Positions 1 through 10,557 of a stretch of 64,000 nt of DNA are shown here, in pieces. A model generated the notes under the pieces. It saw only the letters and a list, made by a program, of their open reading frames with translations, was not told the DNA's origin and did no database searches. Both the position numbers and the translations under genes were made by a program. Each line of letters begins with the position of its first letter. Position 1 is the first letter of the stretch. Source of the DNA: an uncultured Gemmatimonadales bacterium (GTDB taxonomy: Bacteria; Gemmatimonadota; Gemmatimonadetes; Gemmatimonadales; Gemmatimonadaceae); NCBI GenBank assembly GCA_963701965.1, contig OY969695.1, positions 1,184,001-1,248,000 on the forward strand, given 5' to 3'.

Positions 1-1553
1 GCCCCGCCATGTCACGGATCGAGGCGGCGAACGCAGCCATGGCCTGGGGCGACTGTGATTCGTTGAACCCTCGGTCCAACGCCGAAAATGACACGTCATA
101 GAGGTCCGCGAGGATCGAACCCGAGCCGTTCTCCCTCGAGGTCGACCACGACACGGACGAGGAGGATTGCTCCGACAAGCAGGATCGCCGAGAGCGCGAT
201 TTGGCCGACGACCAGACTGGCGCGCAGTCGGCGGTGACTGGATGGCGCGCTCGATGCCCCGGAGCGCAGCGATTCTCCCAAATGCCCGTGCGCGATGTGC
301 ACGGCCCCGAGTACACCGACCGCGAGCCCCATGGCAATCGCGAGACCGGCAGCGAGTGGGACGACTCCACGGGTTGTCGACAAGTACGACAGCGCCGGTA
401 GGTTGGTCGGGCGCAGTAGCATCAATGCAGTGAGCGCTGCCCAGCCAACAAGCATGGCGAGGGCACCACCGGCCAACGCCAATAAGGTGCTCTCCGTCAC
501 CAGTTGGCGAACAAGCCGGCTGCGGCCAGCCCCAAGTGCGTGGCGAACCGCAAGCTCCCGCTCACGCGTCAAGCCACGTTGGAGCAAGAGGTGCGATACG
601 TTGCTGCAAGCAATGAGGAGGAGCAGCACGACTGCCCCTGTCAGGAGGAGCAGCGCCCGACGAAACGGCAGGTCGTCTTGCGGGCGGCTCAATCCTATTC
701 GTAGGTGCGTTGATCCGAGCTCTTGATTGATGCCGCCAGTACGATCAAGAATGGCGGTCAGTTCCTCGCTCGCCGCTCGCCGCGACTGGCCAGGCCTCAG
801 ACGTACGGCGACTCCCGAAATGTCCGATTTTTTACGGTCTATGAGCGGCAGCCAGATATCGGGTCTTTGAAACTGAAAGTCCGGAAGAACAAGCGACGCC
901 GGCACCACGCCGACGATGGTGCTCGGGCGCGAATCTGAATCGCCGTACACGGTCAACCGGACAACCTTTCCCAACACGTTAGGTGAGCCACCGAATTGCC
1001 TGCGCCAAAAACCCTCGCCGAGCAGAATCGCACGCGGGCCGTTTGGTGTCGTCTCGTCGGGGGCAAAATTGCGTCCGATCAGTGGTCGAGCGCCCGTGAA
1101 TGCGAGGAAGCTTTCGTCGACCATTGTAGTCGTAACGCGGACATCATTGAGGTCGCCGTGAAGGAACGCGCCAGGCCCCCCGCCGTAGGGTGCGGCGGCT
1201 TCAATTGTTCGCGCGCTGCTCAGCAATTCATGTTCGATATTGACCGACATCGAACGCGGCCATGGTTCACCCAGAAACGTGTCCTCGAGAGAGAAGGCGT
1301 ATACGCGCGACGCGTCGCGGTAGGGGAGCGGCCGGACGAGAAACGTGTCTGCGGCGCTAAAGACGGCAGTACTGGCGCCGACGCCCAGCGCTATAGTCAG
1401 GAGCGTGACGAAGGCCCAGCCGGGGGAACGGCGGAACGACCGGAGTGCGAAGGCCGAGTCCGTCACGACGTCTTTCGCCATTTGCGAGATAGGCATGTAG
1501 CCGCGAATCTGCAACGCGTCCCGCCGCGCCGCTAGACACACAACGGCATGCAT
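1..1553 (-). CDS. ADOP/MacB-like ABC transporter permease, frameshifted near 103 and running off the window edge
   Basis: Motifs FALRSFRRSPG, LALGVGASTAVFS-like, LLLIACSNV, RERELAVRHALGAGR, LGFDPRG. Removing one base at about 103 continues the frame as LYDVSFSALDRG. Start uncertain (1553, 1496 or later). Confidence 0.8.
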
Positions 1554-1669
1554 CCATAAAGAACCATGATACAGCGCGATGAATCTTTATTGGTATTCGC
1601 TAAACACGAGAATCACATTGTTCGCGGGCGAGGAGTTCTTGGTGTCACCTTCATACCCTAAAGGGATCC

Positions 1670-2200
1670 GTGCGCTTAACCCTTGTCTCGTCAATATTCG
1701 CGTTGATGTGCATGCCGACTCCCGCGGCTGCACAGAGCGACCCGGTGTCCGATGCGTTTCGCGTCATCGTCAAGCGCGTCGAGCGCCGCCTCATCGCATC
1801 GGCGGAGGAGATGCCTGCGGACAAGTACGGCTACAGGCCCACGGCGCCTCAGATGACGTTCAGCGAGGTCGTGGTGCATGTCTTCGAGGGAAACGACGAC
1901 CTCGCGGCGTTGATCGCCGGCGTGAAGGCTCCGCAGCGGACGAAGGTCTCGGCCGCGGACAGCAAAGAGCTTCTGGTCGCGCGGCTCAAGGAAACGTTCG
2001 CGTGGTGCGACCGCGCCTTCGCGACGCTCCACGATCGCTCGCTCAATGACAAGGTCGACGCGGGCGACGGGACGACGGAAACGCGCGCGCAGGCGATGCT
2101 GGACGCGGCCGGCCACTGGGCGGACCACTATAGCCAATTCGCCATCTATCTTCGGCTGAACAGCCTGGTGCCGCCAACCGCCACGGACCCGAACATGTAG
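1670..2200 (+). CDS. DinB-like family protein with signal peptide
   Basis: AEEMPADKYGYRPT, TFSEVVVH, HWADHYSQFAIYLRLNSLVPP. Confidence 0.8.
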   Translation: MRLTLVSSIFALMCMPTPAAAQSDPVSDAFRVIVKRVERRLIASAEEMPADKYGYRPTAPQMTFSEVVVHVFEGNDDLAALIAGVKAPQRTKVSAADSKELLVARLKETFAWCDRAFATLHDRSLNDKVDAGDGTTETRAQAMLDAAGHWADHYSQFAIYLRLNSLVPPTATDPNM

Positions 2201-2236
2201 CAACGCCCGGCGGCGCTCGGCGCTTGCTGCACTTCT

Positions 2237-2764
2237 TTAGGTGCCACGCCGGTTGGGCTGTCGCGTCCGCTCTCCTAGCGCATTCGACCGCGCGCGCGTC
2301 AAAGGTGTGGGAGATGGAAGAGCAACCGGCCGGTCGATCTGCGTCTTGAGCACGATCGAGGTCTCCGTTCCTTCGACTCCGGGGATCTGCCGGATCTGCT
2401 CGGCGAGCACCAGCAACGCCATTGTGTTCGCCACGCGGACTTTGAGCAGGAGGCTCGTCGCTCCGGCCACCGAATGGCATTCTTCGATGGCGCTCACCCG
2501 TTCGAGCGCCGGGATCAGCTCCGAGCATGGTCGGGAGGAGCGAACGCCCATGTATGCCAGCACCTCGAGACCAAACACCGTGACGTCGGCATCGATCGTC
2601 CACTGTCGGATGATCCCATCCCGCGCGAGGCGGCGCAGCCGGTCGTGCACGGACGACGGCGCGAGCCCGACGAGCCGCGCGAGGTCCTCGAGCCGCTGGC
2701 TCGCGTCGCGCTGGAGCGCACACACCAGGGTGTGATCCGTTCCGTCGATATCAGCCACGCGCAC
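2237..2764 (-). CDS. Lrp/AsnC family transcriptional regulator
   Basis: HTH LARLVGLAPSSVHDRLRRL; RAM domain ECHSVAG...IPGVEGTETSIVL. Confidence 0.9.
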   Translation of the reverse strand: MRVADIDGTDHTLVCALQRDASQRLEDLARLVGLAPSSVHDRLRRLARDGIIRQWTIDADVTVFGLEVLAYMGVRSSRPCSELIPALERVSAIEECHSVAGATSLLLKVRVANTMALLVLAEQIRQIPGVEGTETSIVLKTQIDRPVALPSPTPLTRARSNALGERTRQPNRRGT

Positions 2765-2843
2765 CTCCAGTACCGAAGAAGTTTCGGTGCTTTTGCATCA
2801 ATATACATAATTCTTGTATTATGGTGTACCTGGAGGTTTTAAC

Positions 2844-3392
2844 ATGCAAGCACTACTCGTCGTCGACGCCCAGAACGAATTCTCGGCCGCCGGCCTGCGC
2901 CCGGTCCCCAACCACGACGCGGCACTCGCCGCGATCCGTCGCCACGTGGCCAATGCGCGCCGTGACCGGCGCCCCATCGCCTGGCTCCGGCACCACAACA
3001 AGCCACACGAATCCCGCGCCTTCGTTCCCGGCTCATGGGGCGCCGAGCTGTCGCCGGGACTCGGGCCAGATCTGAGCCATGGCGCCGAGCGGCTGTTCGA
3101 CAAGGATGTGTTCGGGGCGTTCACCGGGACGGGACTGGAGGCGTGGCTTCGCGGGCTGGATGTGACCGATGTGCTGATCACCGGCTTCTACACGCACATG
3201 TGCGTCTCGACGTCGGTGCGCGAGGCACTCGTGCGCGGCTTCGACGTCGCGGTCGACCCGGAGGCAACTGGCGCGCGCGAGCTACACGACGAGCAACTGG
3301 GACATCAGAGCGCCGATGACGTGCGCCGCTCGGCATTGCTTCAGCTTCTGAACATGGGGGCGACGATCGCGACGGCCGTCGCACCGGTCTAG
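2844..3392 (+). CDS. Isochorismatase-family cysteine hydrolase
   Basis: ALLVVDAQNEF, K..FGAFTGTGL, GFYTHMCVSTS; GGAGG RBS before ATG 2844. Confidence 0.9.
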   Translation: MQALLVVDAQNEFSAAGLRPVPNHDAALAAIRRHVANARRDRRPIAWLRHHNKPHESRAFVPGSWGAELSPGLGPDLSHGAERLFDKDVFGAFTGTGLEAWLRGLDVTDVLITGFYTHMCVSTSVREALVRGFDVAVDPEATGARELHDEQLGHQSADDVRRSALLQLLNMGATIATAVAPV

Positions 3393-3402
3393 AGAGAGCG
3401 GG

Positions 3403-4044
3403 GTGCACGATGTGGCGCCCACCGTCCTCTCGGTGAACGTCGGACCGGTCCGTGAGGTCTCTTGGCGTGGCAAGTCGGTCCGGACCGGCATTTGGAAGTC
3501 GTCGGTCGGCGAACGCGCGGTCGCGTTGCGTGGCGTGAACCTCGATGGCGATGACCAGGCGGACCGCACCGTGCACGGCGGACCCGACAAAGCCGTCTAC
3601 GCCTACGCGGACGAAGACTATCGCGTCTGGACCGATGCCGAGGGTGTGCCGACCTATCCGGGTCTCTTCGGCGAGAACATCACCTTGCGTGGCCTGGAGC
3701 TGCGCGACGCGGTCGTCGGCGAGCGTTGGCGCGTTGGCACCGCGCTGCTCGAGGTCGCGCAGCCACGCCTTCCCTGCTTCAAACTCGGCGTCCGAATGGA
3801 CGATCCACACTTCCCGGCGCGCTTCCTGGCCGTGGGGCGACCAGGCGCCTATTTGCGCATCATCGAGCAGGGCGACGTATGGGCCGGGGCCGCGATTTCC
3901 GTCGTCCACCGTCCCGATCACGGCGTGACGCTTCGTCGCATGATCGACGCGGTGCGCGATCGACGTCAGGCGCCGGCGCTCCTGGAGGCCCCCCGGCTCC
4001 CCGGATTCTGGCGCCGTCTGGCGCTTGGCGAGACCGAACCATGA
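3403..4044 (+). CDS. MOSC domain protein (YiiM-like)
   Basis: GDDQADRTVHGGPDKAVYAY, FGENIT, QPRLPCFKL. Confidence 0.9.
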   Translation: MHDVAPTVLSVNVGPVREVSWRGKSVRTGIWKSSVGERAVALRGVNLDGDDQADRTVHGGPDKAVYAYADEDYRVWTDAEGVPTYPGLFGENITLRGLELRDAVVGERWRVGTALLEVAQPRLPCFKLGVRMDDPHFPARFLAVGRPGAYLRIIEQGDVWAGAAISVVHRPDHGVTLRRMIDAVRDRRQAPALLEAPRLPGFWRRLALGETEP

Positions 4045-5309
4045 CACGCTATTGCGAAGAGCGCGTGCGCCGCGCGCGCGATGCCGCCGACGACCACCGC
4101 CTCGCGGCCGCCATCCTCGCCTGGCGCATCGACGACGCGCTCGCCGATGCGCGCGCGTGGGACGCGGCCGCGCACCCCCCCGCACTCTTCGGCCTCACTA
4201 TGAGCGTGAAGGCCTGTGTCGACGTGGCGGGTTGGGTCACCCACGCAGGCTCGCGGGCATTGGCCGACGCCGCGCCCGCATCACACGATGCGTCCGTCGT
4301 CGCCTCGCTGCGCGCCGCCGGCGCGCTCATTGTTGCGCAGACCAGTATGACGGAGTTCGCCTTCTCGGGGTTGGGTGTGAACCCGCACTACGGCACGCCG
4401 CGCAGTCCGCTCTACGCCACCGGCGACCGGATCGCGGGCGGCTCGTCGTCGGGCGCGGCCGTTACCGTCGCCACGGGCGTCGTCGACGCCGCACTCGGCA
4501 CCGACACGAGCGGATCCGTCCGCGTCCCAGCCGCGTTCTGTGGCGTCGTGGGCTTCAAGCCGTCGGCCGGGCGCTATCCGATGGATGGCATCCTGCTGCT
4601 GTCGCCGTCATTTGACACTCCAGGCGTGATCGCGCGATCAGTCACGGTGTGTGACCATCTCGACGCATCATTGACCTTAGGTGCCGAGCGCCTGTCGTCT
4701 CGACCCCTGACGTCGATCCGCCTCGTCGTCCCGCGAGGCTTCATCGCCGGTCGCCTGGACGGCGCGGTCGCGACGGTATTCGACCGTGCGGTTCATGCTC
4801 TGGCGGCGGCCGGCGTACACATCGAAGAGTCCGACATGGGGTACCTCGCCGAGATCGGAGAGGTGGCCCGACAGGGCGGCGTGGTCTCTGCCGAGGCATT
4901 TCTTTGGCACGAGCCGCTCCTGGAACGCCGCGCGGCGGTCTACGATCCCCGGGTCGGACCGCGGATCGCCGCGGGCGCGACGGTGCGCGCCGCGGACTAC
5001 ATCCGTGCCAAACGACGTCTGCACGAGCTGTGGATCCAGTACTCGCGTGACATGCACGGCTTCGACGCGTTGTTGACTCCCACCGTACCGCTCGAGCCTC
5101 CCGCGCTCGACGATCTCGCCGAGGACGTCCACTACTTTGCGCTCAACCAACGCGTCCTGTATTTCACGGAGCTGGCCAACCGGATCGATGTGCCGAGCAT
5201 TTCTATCCCGGTCGGCGACGGATCGCGGGCCGTTGGTCTGCTGCTCACCGGTCTCCGTGGTGCGGATGTCGAGCTGCTCGCTCTGGCTCGTGCCGTCGAG
5301 AGCATGTGA
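4041..5309 (+). CDS. Amidase signature family protein
   Basis: GGSSSGAA, GTDTSGSVRVPAAFCG; ATG overlaps the MOSC stop (ATGA). Confidence 0.9.
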   Translation: MTRYCEERVRRARDAADDHRLAAAILAWRIDDALADARAWDAAAHPPALFGLTMSVKACVDVAGWVTHAGSRALADAAPASHDASVVASLRAAGALIVAQTSMTEFAFSGLGVNPHYGTPRSPLYATGDRIAGGSSSGAAVTVATGVVDAALGTDTSGSVRVPAAFCGVVGFKPSAGRYPMDGILLLSPSFDTPGVIARSVTVCDHLDASLTLGAERLSSRPLTSIRLVVPRGFIAGRLDGAVATVFDRAVHALAAAGVHIEESDMGYLAEIGEVARQGGVVSAEAFLWHEPLLERRAAVYDPRVGPRIAAGATVRAADYIRAKRRLHELWIQYSRDMHGFDALLTPTVPLEPPALDDLAEDVHYFALNQRVLYFTELANRIDVPSISIPVGDGSRAVGLLLTGLRGADVELLALARAVESM

Positions 5310-6088
5310 CCGACGACGCCGAGACGAATCCGCTCGCCCGCGGCTGGGCGTCCGGCCGAGCTGCCGTCGTCGGCTGGCTGCAGATCCCCGCCCCGCTGTC
5401 CGCCGAGGCTTTGTCTCGATGCGGCTACGATGGGCTGGTCATTGATCTGCAGCATTCCCCAATCGACCTGTCCGACGCGGTCGCCATGATGACGACGATC
5501 GAGCTCGGCGGAGCGGTCCCCCTCGCGCGTACTCGGGCCAACGACCCGGCCGAGGTGATGGCACTGCTGGACGCGGGCGCCTATGGGATCATCGCACCAA
5601 TGGTGGAGACCGCAACTGATGCGCGGCGCCTCGCGCACGCGCTCCACTACCCTCCGCGTGGTGGGCGCTCCTATGGTCCGCGCCGTCCGTCCCTCCGGTA
5701 CGGCGCACGGTACCTCCAGATTGCGTCGCAGACGATCATCTCGTTCGCCATGATCGAGACTGCGGCCGGGTTCGACAACATTGACGCGATCCTCGCCGTC
5801 GGCGGCATTGACGGGGTCTTCATCGGACCGTCCGACTTGGCGCTCGCGCTCGGCCGCCGCCCGGGCGTCGATTCCGATGACCCGGTGGTCGTCGAGGCTA
5901 TCTGTCACATCCGTGAACGCGCGCACGCCCACGGGCGACGTGTCGGCATCTTCTGCTCGGCACCGCAGTTTGCGCGAGAGAAGCTGGCTGAAGGCTTCGA
6001 CCTGGTGTCCATCACACCTGACCTCACGCTCCTCGTCGCCGCGGCGAGGGCCTCGCTCGAGGATGTGCGGCGTGCCCAAGAATCGTAG
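5306..6088 (+). CDS. HpcH/HpaI aldolase family protein
   Basis: IDLQHS, LDAGAYGIIAPMVET, AMIET, FIGPSDL; GTGA overlap. Confidence 0.9.
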   Translation: MTDDAETNPLARGWASGRAAVVGWLQIPAPLSAEALSRCGYDGLVIDLQHSPIDLSDAVAMMTTIELGGAVPLARTRANDPAEVMALLDAGAYGIIAPMVETATDARRLAHALHYPPRGGRSYGPRRPSLRYGARYLQIASQTIISFAMIETAAGFDNIDAILAVGGIDGVFIGPSDLALALGRRPGVDSDDPVVVEAICHIRERAHAHGRRVGIFCSAPQFAREKLAEGFDLVSITPDLTLLVAAARASLEDVRRAQES

Positions 6089-6341
6089 CGCGTCCGACGC
6101 GAGCCCACAGCGATGCTGTCCTCGAGTACGCGCGGCGCATCGTCCGCCCGACAGCCAGCAGGCCATAGTCGTTGCGTCGCTCGTAGCCGGCTGCAGTGAC
6201 TGACCGCCCGGACCATGAGTGAGGAGCCGCCAGCGACGGGTACACCCCTCTTTTTGTTCCAGCTGGCAGAGATCTCGCTGACAGGTGCTCAGCACCTCAC
6301 ACGCGTGCCACCGCCTGGCGGGCGAAACGGGAGGATGCTCC

Positions 6342-7691
6342 ATGGCCGACGGAAGCGTCAACGACGTGTCTCATCCGCGGGCTGCAAAGCGAACGCGAGC
6401 GGGTGTCGCAACAGCAATCACAAGCGCCATGATGTGGATAGCCGGGTGCGGAGGTTCGCACGGCTACGCGCCGGGAAAGTTCCACGAAGACCTGGCAGCG
6501 CTGTACCCTCCCCAAGGAGAATTGCTGGCTCGTCCGCGATCCCTTGACCAGATTGGCCTTCCCATAGCTGCAACCCGTGCGGCGATACCGCCGGACAACC
6601 CGCAAACGCCGGCGAAAATTGCACTGGGACAGAAACTGTTCTTCGATCGCCGTTTGTCGGCGGACGGTACCGTCGCCTGCAGCACGTGTCACGATCCCGC
6701 ACACGCCTTCACGGACGGGCGGCCCCACTCGATCGGGATCAAGGGGCACGTTGGTCAGCGCAATGCGCCGACGATTCTGAACGCGCTCTACAACAAGACT
6801 CAGTTTTGGGACGGGCGCGCAAAGACGCTCGAGGAACAAGCAGCGCTACCGATCGTGAATCCGATGGAAATGGGCCAGCCCAGCCTCGAGGCTGCCGTCA
6901 GCCGGATCGCGGCCATTGATGAATATCAGCAGGCGTTCCGGACAGTGTTCGGTCGGCCGGCCGACAGCGCTGACATGGTGCGCGCCATCGCGTCCTATGA
7001 GCGAAATTTATATTCCTTCGGCTCGCCGTTCGATCGCTTCGTCGCCGGCGACGAAAATGCTATTGATGGTGCGAGCAAGCGAGGCTGGGAAATCTTCAAC
7101 ACCAGCGGTCGCTGCAACAAATGTCATGCCCTCTCGGAACAACAGCGCGACGTCACCTTTTTTAGGGACAACGATTTTCACAACATCGGCGTCGGGATCA
7201 CCGGGCACAATCTCGGGCAACTGGCATGCGAGGCCGAGCAGCGCATCAATTCTGGTAGTACGGCCGCCATCGATCAGGCCGCCATTCAGACCGACCTGTC
7301 GGTGCTTGGCCGCTTTCTCATCACAAAGAAAGAGTCCGCGATTGCCGCCTTCAGGACACCGGGCCTCCGGAACGTCCTGGTGACGGGACCTTATTTCCAC
7401 GACGGTTCGCACGAGACGCTGTGGGACGTTCTGGACCACTACAACAAGGGGGACGGGCTGCACGACGCATACCTCGATGTGGATATCCAGCCCCTCGGCC
7501 TGATGGAAGCGGACATCGACGACGTGGTAGCTTTTCTGGCGTCGCTCACAAGCCCGGAGTACCACGATCTGGGAATGCAGGAGCTGGCGCGTCAGCGCGC
7601 GCTGTCGCGGACCAATCGTCCGCAGCGTGAAACGGCGCGGGCCTTCGGTCCGAAAGCGCCCTTGCCGTCACCGCTCAGGTACTGCCCCTGA
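6342..7691 (+). CDS. Di-heme cytochrome c peroxidase / MauG superfamily protein
   Basis: LGQKLFFDRRLS, CSTCH, QFWDGRA, CNKCH, FRTPGLRNV, PYFHDGS. Confidence 0.88.
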   Translation: MADGSVNDVSHPRAAKRTRAGVATAITSAMMWIAGCGGSHGYAPGKFHEDLAALYPPQGELLARPRSLDQIGLPIAATRAAIPPDNPQTPAKIALGQKLFFDRRLSADGTVACSTCHDPAHAFTDGRPHSIGIKGHVGQRNAPTILNALYNKTQFWDGRAKTLEEQAALPIVNPMEMGQPSLEAAVSRIAAIDEYQQAFRTVFGRPADSADMVRAIASYERNLYSFGSPFDRFVAGDENAIDGASKRGWEIFNTSGRCNKCHALSEQQRDVTFFRDNDFHNIGVGITGHNLGQLACEAEQRINSGSTAAIDQAAIQTDLSVLGRFLITKKESAIAAFRTPGLRNVLVTGPYFHDGSHETLWDVLDHYNKGDGLHDAYLDVDIQPLGLMEADIDDVVAFLASLTSPEYHDLGMQELARQRALSRTNRPQRETARAFGPKAPLPSPLRYCP

Positions 7692-7711
7692 ACGGCTGCG
7701 ATCTTAGCGAA

Positions 7712-7755
7712 AGAGCGGGCAACCGGACTCGAACCGGCGACGTCCAGCTTGGGAA
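7712..7755 (-). repeat. att-like duplicate of tRNA-Gly(CCC) 3' half
   Basis: 43/44 identical to 17867-17910; 5' acceptor strand and D arm absent. Confidence 0.9.
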
Positions 7756-8028
7756 TCTGGCTCAAGCTGGCATTGTACGCGCCAACCGCGCCAAACATTG
7801 GGCACGTTGGTACGTAACCTTAGCGTTGCGCCGGCGAGTGGCGCAGGGGCGCGACCCGCGTCCATCAATGGCGCGAACGGCGGAGCGAAAAAATCCTGGC
7901 TTGCACGATAAGACGGCAAGGTGCGCCGGGCGCGCCAGCTGAGCCTGCCCGATTGTGCCGTCTCACGCCAAGGCCTGTCTCACGGCCACCGGCCGGGCTA
8001 CCTTCGCTCAACATACCAGCGAGGTACC

Positions 8029-8934
8029 ATGGCTCGACTCATCCGCGTGATTCTCGCTCTCGTCGCCGTGCTTCTCGTCGCGGCGGTCGGCGTGTTCGTC
8101 GCCAGCAACCATCGCATCGCGGCTCGGCATGCCCTCCCAACACACGCGCCGTTCGCCGCCAGCGGCTCGCCCGATTCCGCGACACTGGCCCGTGGCGAGC
8201 ATTTCGCCACCGCGATCGGCAAGTGCGAAGGCTGCCACGGCGCGGACCTCGGCGGGCAGGTATTTATCGATGGCCCGGCGGTGTTCGGCCATTTCGTCGG
8301 CCCCAACATCACCCGCGACGCCCGTGGCGTCGGTTCCGGCTTCACCGACGCCGACTACGAGCTCGCCATCCGCCATGGCCTCGCGCCCAACGGCCGCGCC
8401 CTCGTCTTCATGCCGTCCGACAACTTCTCTCGACTGGACGACGCCGACCTGAGCGCGCTGGTCTTCTTCCTTGAGCACGTGGCGCCGGTCCACCGCACCC
8501 TATCGCCAACGCGCTTCGGCCCCGTCGCCCGCACGCTCCTCGTCGCCGGCAAACTCCCGATCTTCGCCGCCGCCCGGATCGACCAGAACGCTCCGCATCC
8601 CCCCGCCCCACCGGTCGGCGCGACAGCCGCTTACGGCGCCTACATGGTGGTCGTCGCCGGATGCACCGGCTGCCACGGCGCCGGCCTTGGCGGCGGCCAC
8701 GTGCCCGGTACCCCCGCATCCTTTAAGGCGGCCTCCAATCTCACCCCAGCGGGAATCGGCCAGTGGACTGAGGCCGACTTCTTCCGCTCGCTCCGCCAGG
8801 GCGTCGACCCCTCGGGTGTTGCCCTCGACCCGTTCATGCCCGTACCCGAAACACGGCTCATGACGGATACGGAAATCCATGCGCTCTGGGCGTACCTGCG
8901 CACCGTCCCGCCGCGACCATTCGGGTCGCACTAG
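8029..8934 (+). CDS. Membrane-anchored di-heme cytochrome c
   Basis: N-terminal TM helix, CEGCH and CTGCH, PNIT/SNLT and MP motifs; GAGG RBS. Confidence 0.85.
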   Translation: MARLIRVILALVAVLLVAAVGVFVASNHRIAARHALPTHAPFAASGSPDSATLARGEHFATAIGKCEGCHGADLGGQVFIDGPAVFGHFVGPNITRDARGVGSGFTDADYELAIRHGLAPNGRALVFMPSDNFSRLDDADLSALVFFLEHVAPVHRTLSPTRFGPVARTLLVAGKLPIFAAARIDQNAPHPPAPPVGATAAYGAYMVVVAGCTGCHGAGLGGGHVPGTPASFKAASNLTPAGIGQWTEADFFRSLRQGVDPSGVALDPFMPVPETRLMTDTEIHALWAYLRTVPPRPFGSH

Positions 8935-8972
8935 TTCGGGGTGCCTCGGGGTTGGAACCATGGCGCCTCGCC

Positions 8973-10211
8973 TTAGCGTTTCCGTCTCTTGGAACGCGCC
9001 TTCGCAGCCTTCTTAGTCGCGGATTTTATTGCGGGCGGTATCCAGTCGGGCATCGACCGACGCATGAACGCATCAAACATCGGCACCGTGAACGCAGTAT
9101 CTCCGTGTTGCGGGCTGTAGATCATACCCTTCTTGATCAATCCATCGCGTAGCGGCCCAGCAGCGGTAACCCGTATCGCGAGCATCTTTGCGATCGTGCC
9201 GGACCGGTGCGAGCCCGGTCCCAGCTCCGCCATGGCTCGCACGTAGTCCTTCTCGCGTGGCGTCAGTCGGTCGAGTCGCACGCGGAAGAACCCGCGGTCC
9301 AAGTCGGCGAGGGCGGTGACCGTTGCCTTCCTTGCATCTTCGGGCGTTATAGGCGACGCGGGGGCCGCATTCCAGGCGTGGGAGCCCCATTCCTGGAGGA
9401 AATACGGATAGCCTCTCGCCTTTTCTACGATGAGAGCTAGCGCGTCGTTCGTTATCGCCGCGCCCTCCTGATGCACGGGCTCGCGAATGGCGGTTATTGC
9501 CGCCTCGGCCGGCAGTGGCCCGACATCCGGATAATCGAATAACCGCTCGGCGTATGACTTCGCCTCGCCAGCCAGCGCGGCTAACTGCGGCAAACCGGCG
9601 CCGAATAGGATGAACGGCAAGCCCCGCTGCTCAATCTTGTGCACCGCGACGATCAGGGCGCTCAGATCTTCTTGAGACAGGTACTGCACCTCGTCGACGA
9701 ACAGCGCGATCGCTGTGTCCGCCTGTTGTGCGGCCTCCGCAACGGCCAGGAGCAATTCCGGCAGATCGGACTCGAGACTGCCGGAATCGGCCGTTCCGGT
9801 TTCCGGTGCACCCCCGAATTCCACCTCCCCCACAGACACCTTGAACGCGCTCGCGAACGCCCGGAGAATGCCCAGCGCGCGCCTGGCTCGGTCCTTCTGC
9901 GCCTGACCACGGCTGAGCCTGAAAAGGATGGCGCGAAGAGGGGGGACGAGCATCTCGGCGAGTCGCCTATTCTCTGGCGCCTCCAAGACAACCGTCAGAT
10001 ACCCTTCTTCCTGCGCGAGTTTGGCCATTCGATTGATGAGAACGGTTTTTCCAACGCCCCGCAGCCCCAGCAGCAGTTGTCCCCGCGCGGGACGGCCGTG
10101 CTTGAGACGGGCGAGCGCAATTCGAGCTGCGCTCAGGATCTGTTCACGCCCAGCAAGCTCCGGTGGCTGTGTGCCAGCCCCAGGGGCGAACGGGTTACGA
10201 GTGGGATCCAC
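8973..10211 (-). CDS. AAA/P-loop ATPase with probable C-terminal winged helix
   Basis: NPFAPGAG, Walker A GLRGVGKT, Walker B LFVDEVQ, GYPYFLQ. Confidence 0.85.
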   Translation of the reverse strand: MDPTRNPFAPGAGTQPPELAGREQILSAARIALARLKHGRPARGQLLLGLRGVGKTVLINRMAKLAQEEGYLTVVLEAPENRRLAEMLVPPLRAILFRLSRGQAQKDRARRALGILRAFASAFKVSVGEVEFGGAPETGTADSGSLESDLPELLLAVAEAAQQADTAIALFVDEVQYLSQEDLSALIVAVHKIEQRGLPFILFGAGLPQLAALAGEAKSYAERLFDYPDVGPLPAEAAITAIREPVHQEGAAITNDALALIVEKARGYPYFLQEWGSHAWNAAPASPITPEDARKATVTALADLDRGFFRVRLDRLTPREKDYVRAMAELGPGSHRSGTIAKMLAIRVTAAGPLRDGLIKKGMIYSPQHGDTAFTVPMFDAFMRRSMPDWIPPAIKSATKKAAKARSKRRKR

Positions 10212-10513
10212 GCGATTTTAAGCGATTTATCGGTTTATAGTGATATTACGACATCCGACGATAATACTCCTAAACTGCCTATAGCGCTAGATCCGTGGCG
10301 GCCCAGCACGATTCTTGGAACCGAGCAGTAATTCCTCGTGCACCCGAGCTGGCACAGCGTGTGTGGCTTGCGTGACTGTTTGCATAAAGGCGCGGCAATC
10401 GACACACGCTATGCACTGCTCGACCCGCGCGGGGGAGCCCCACGCTCAACGGCGGCGCGCCCAGTGCTTGAGCGCACTAGCGCAGGCTAACACACTGCGC
10501 GACGTTCATTACA

Positions 10514-10557
10514 AGAGCGGGCGACCGGACTCGAACCGGCGACGTCCAGCTTGGGAA
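10514..10557 (-). repeat. att-like duplicate of tRNA-Gly(CCC) 3' half
   Basis: 44/44 identical to 17867-17910. Confidence 0.92.

Noticed and set aside
3726..4040. N-terminal extension of the amidase in the ORF track
   Set aside because: It overlaps the MOSC gene; the coupled ATG at 4041 is the more plausible start
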